15,550 nt of DNA from the NCBI GenBank assembly GCA_964654465.1, contig CAZZIO010000047.1:1-15550 (forward strand), in the 5' to 3' direction. The stretch comes from an uncultured Dictyoglomota bacterium (GTDB lineage Bacteria > Dictyoglomota > Dictyoglomia > Dictyoglomales > Dictyoglomaceae). The notes under the pieces are model-generated. The model was not told the DNA's origin and did no database searches. It saw only the letters and a program-made list of their open reading frames with translations. Shown here piece by piece: positions 15,247-15,550 of this stretch (its first letter is position 1; the number at the start of each line of letters is the position of its first letter). A program made the position numbers and the translations under genes.

Positions 15247-15550
15247 TATGGGATTTAGTTATAATTGGTGGAGGTCCTGTAGGAAGTTTCGCTGGATATT
15301 TATCAGCAAATAATAACATAAAAACTCTAATTTTAGAAGAACACGATAGAATAGGAGAACCAATACACTGTCTTGGAAAATTAAGTGTCCATGCCTTTGA
15401 GGAATTTGACCTACCTAAAGAAACTATAGTAAATAACCTAAAAGGTGTATATTTTTTCTCACCTTCAGGAGAATATTTAAAACTTAAAAAGGATTCCTCT
15501 GATTCTTTTATCTTGGATAGAATCTTATTTGATAAAATAATTGCAGAAAA
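15243..15550 (+). CDS. NAD(P)/FAD-dependent oxidoreductase, geranylgeranyl reductase family; 3' end outside window
   Basis: Not in the ORF track. Manual translation gives MIWDLVIIGGGPVGSFAGYLSANNNIKTLILEEHDRIGEPIHCLGKLS...LDRILFDKIIAE, with Rossmann GxGxxG, IGxPxxC and DRxxFD motifs. ATGA overlap with the aminotransferase stop. Confidence 0.85.
   Translation, partial: MIWDLVIIGGGPVGSFAGYLSANNNIKTLILEEHDRIGEPIHCLGKLSVHAFEEFDLPKETIVNNLKGVYFFSPSGEYLKLKKDSSDSFILDRILFDKIIAE

Noticed and set aside
9542-15319. Minus-strand ORFs 9542..9745, 10539..10760, 10974..11174, 11301..11639, 13089..13304, 13383..13745, 15119..15319
   Set aside because: Antisense shadows of tilS, ftsH, the kinase, the aminotransferase and the reductase.

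Overview
AT-rich bacterial chromosomal segment. Composition and gene set suggest a low-GC anaerobe or thermophile such as Dictyoglomus, which is inference only. Left arm, minus strand: tRNA-Leu(TAA), DUF1292-like acidic protein, mltG, YqeG-type HAD phosphatase, pilB (873 aa, extra N-terminal domain plus acidic linker), pilT, pilC, a SigB/SigF/SigG-family sigma factor, two ~91% identical major type IV pilins (each with its own promoter motif and terminator), and a third pilin running off the window. Right arm, mostly plus strand: tRNA-CAT (probably elongator Met), tilS, ftsH, a convergent TPR gene, a 1-phosphofructokinase-family kinase, a PLP aminotransferase and a partial geranylgeranyl-reductase-family flavoprotein. 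The most interesting signal is that the sigma gene is coupled to pilC by an ATGA overlap, and both downstream pilins share an upstream G(A/C)ATA-N14/16-GGGTATAAT motif resembling sigmaF/sigmaB-type promoters. This suggests a pilus operon encoding its own pilin-dedicated sigma factor. Other notable elements: a terminator-like hairpin inside tilS just behind the tRNA, a 14-bp hairpin built from the coding tails of ftsH and the TPR gene, a missing conventional start for mltG, and a perfect 18-bp operator-like palindrome in the aminotransferase promoter.
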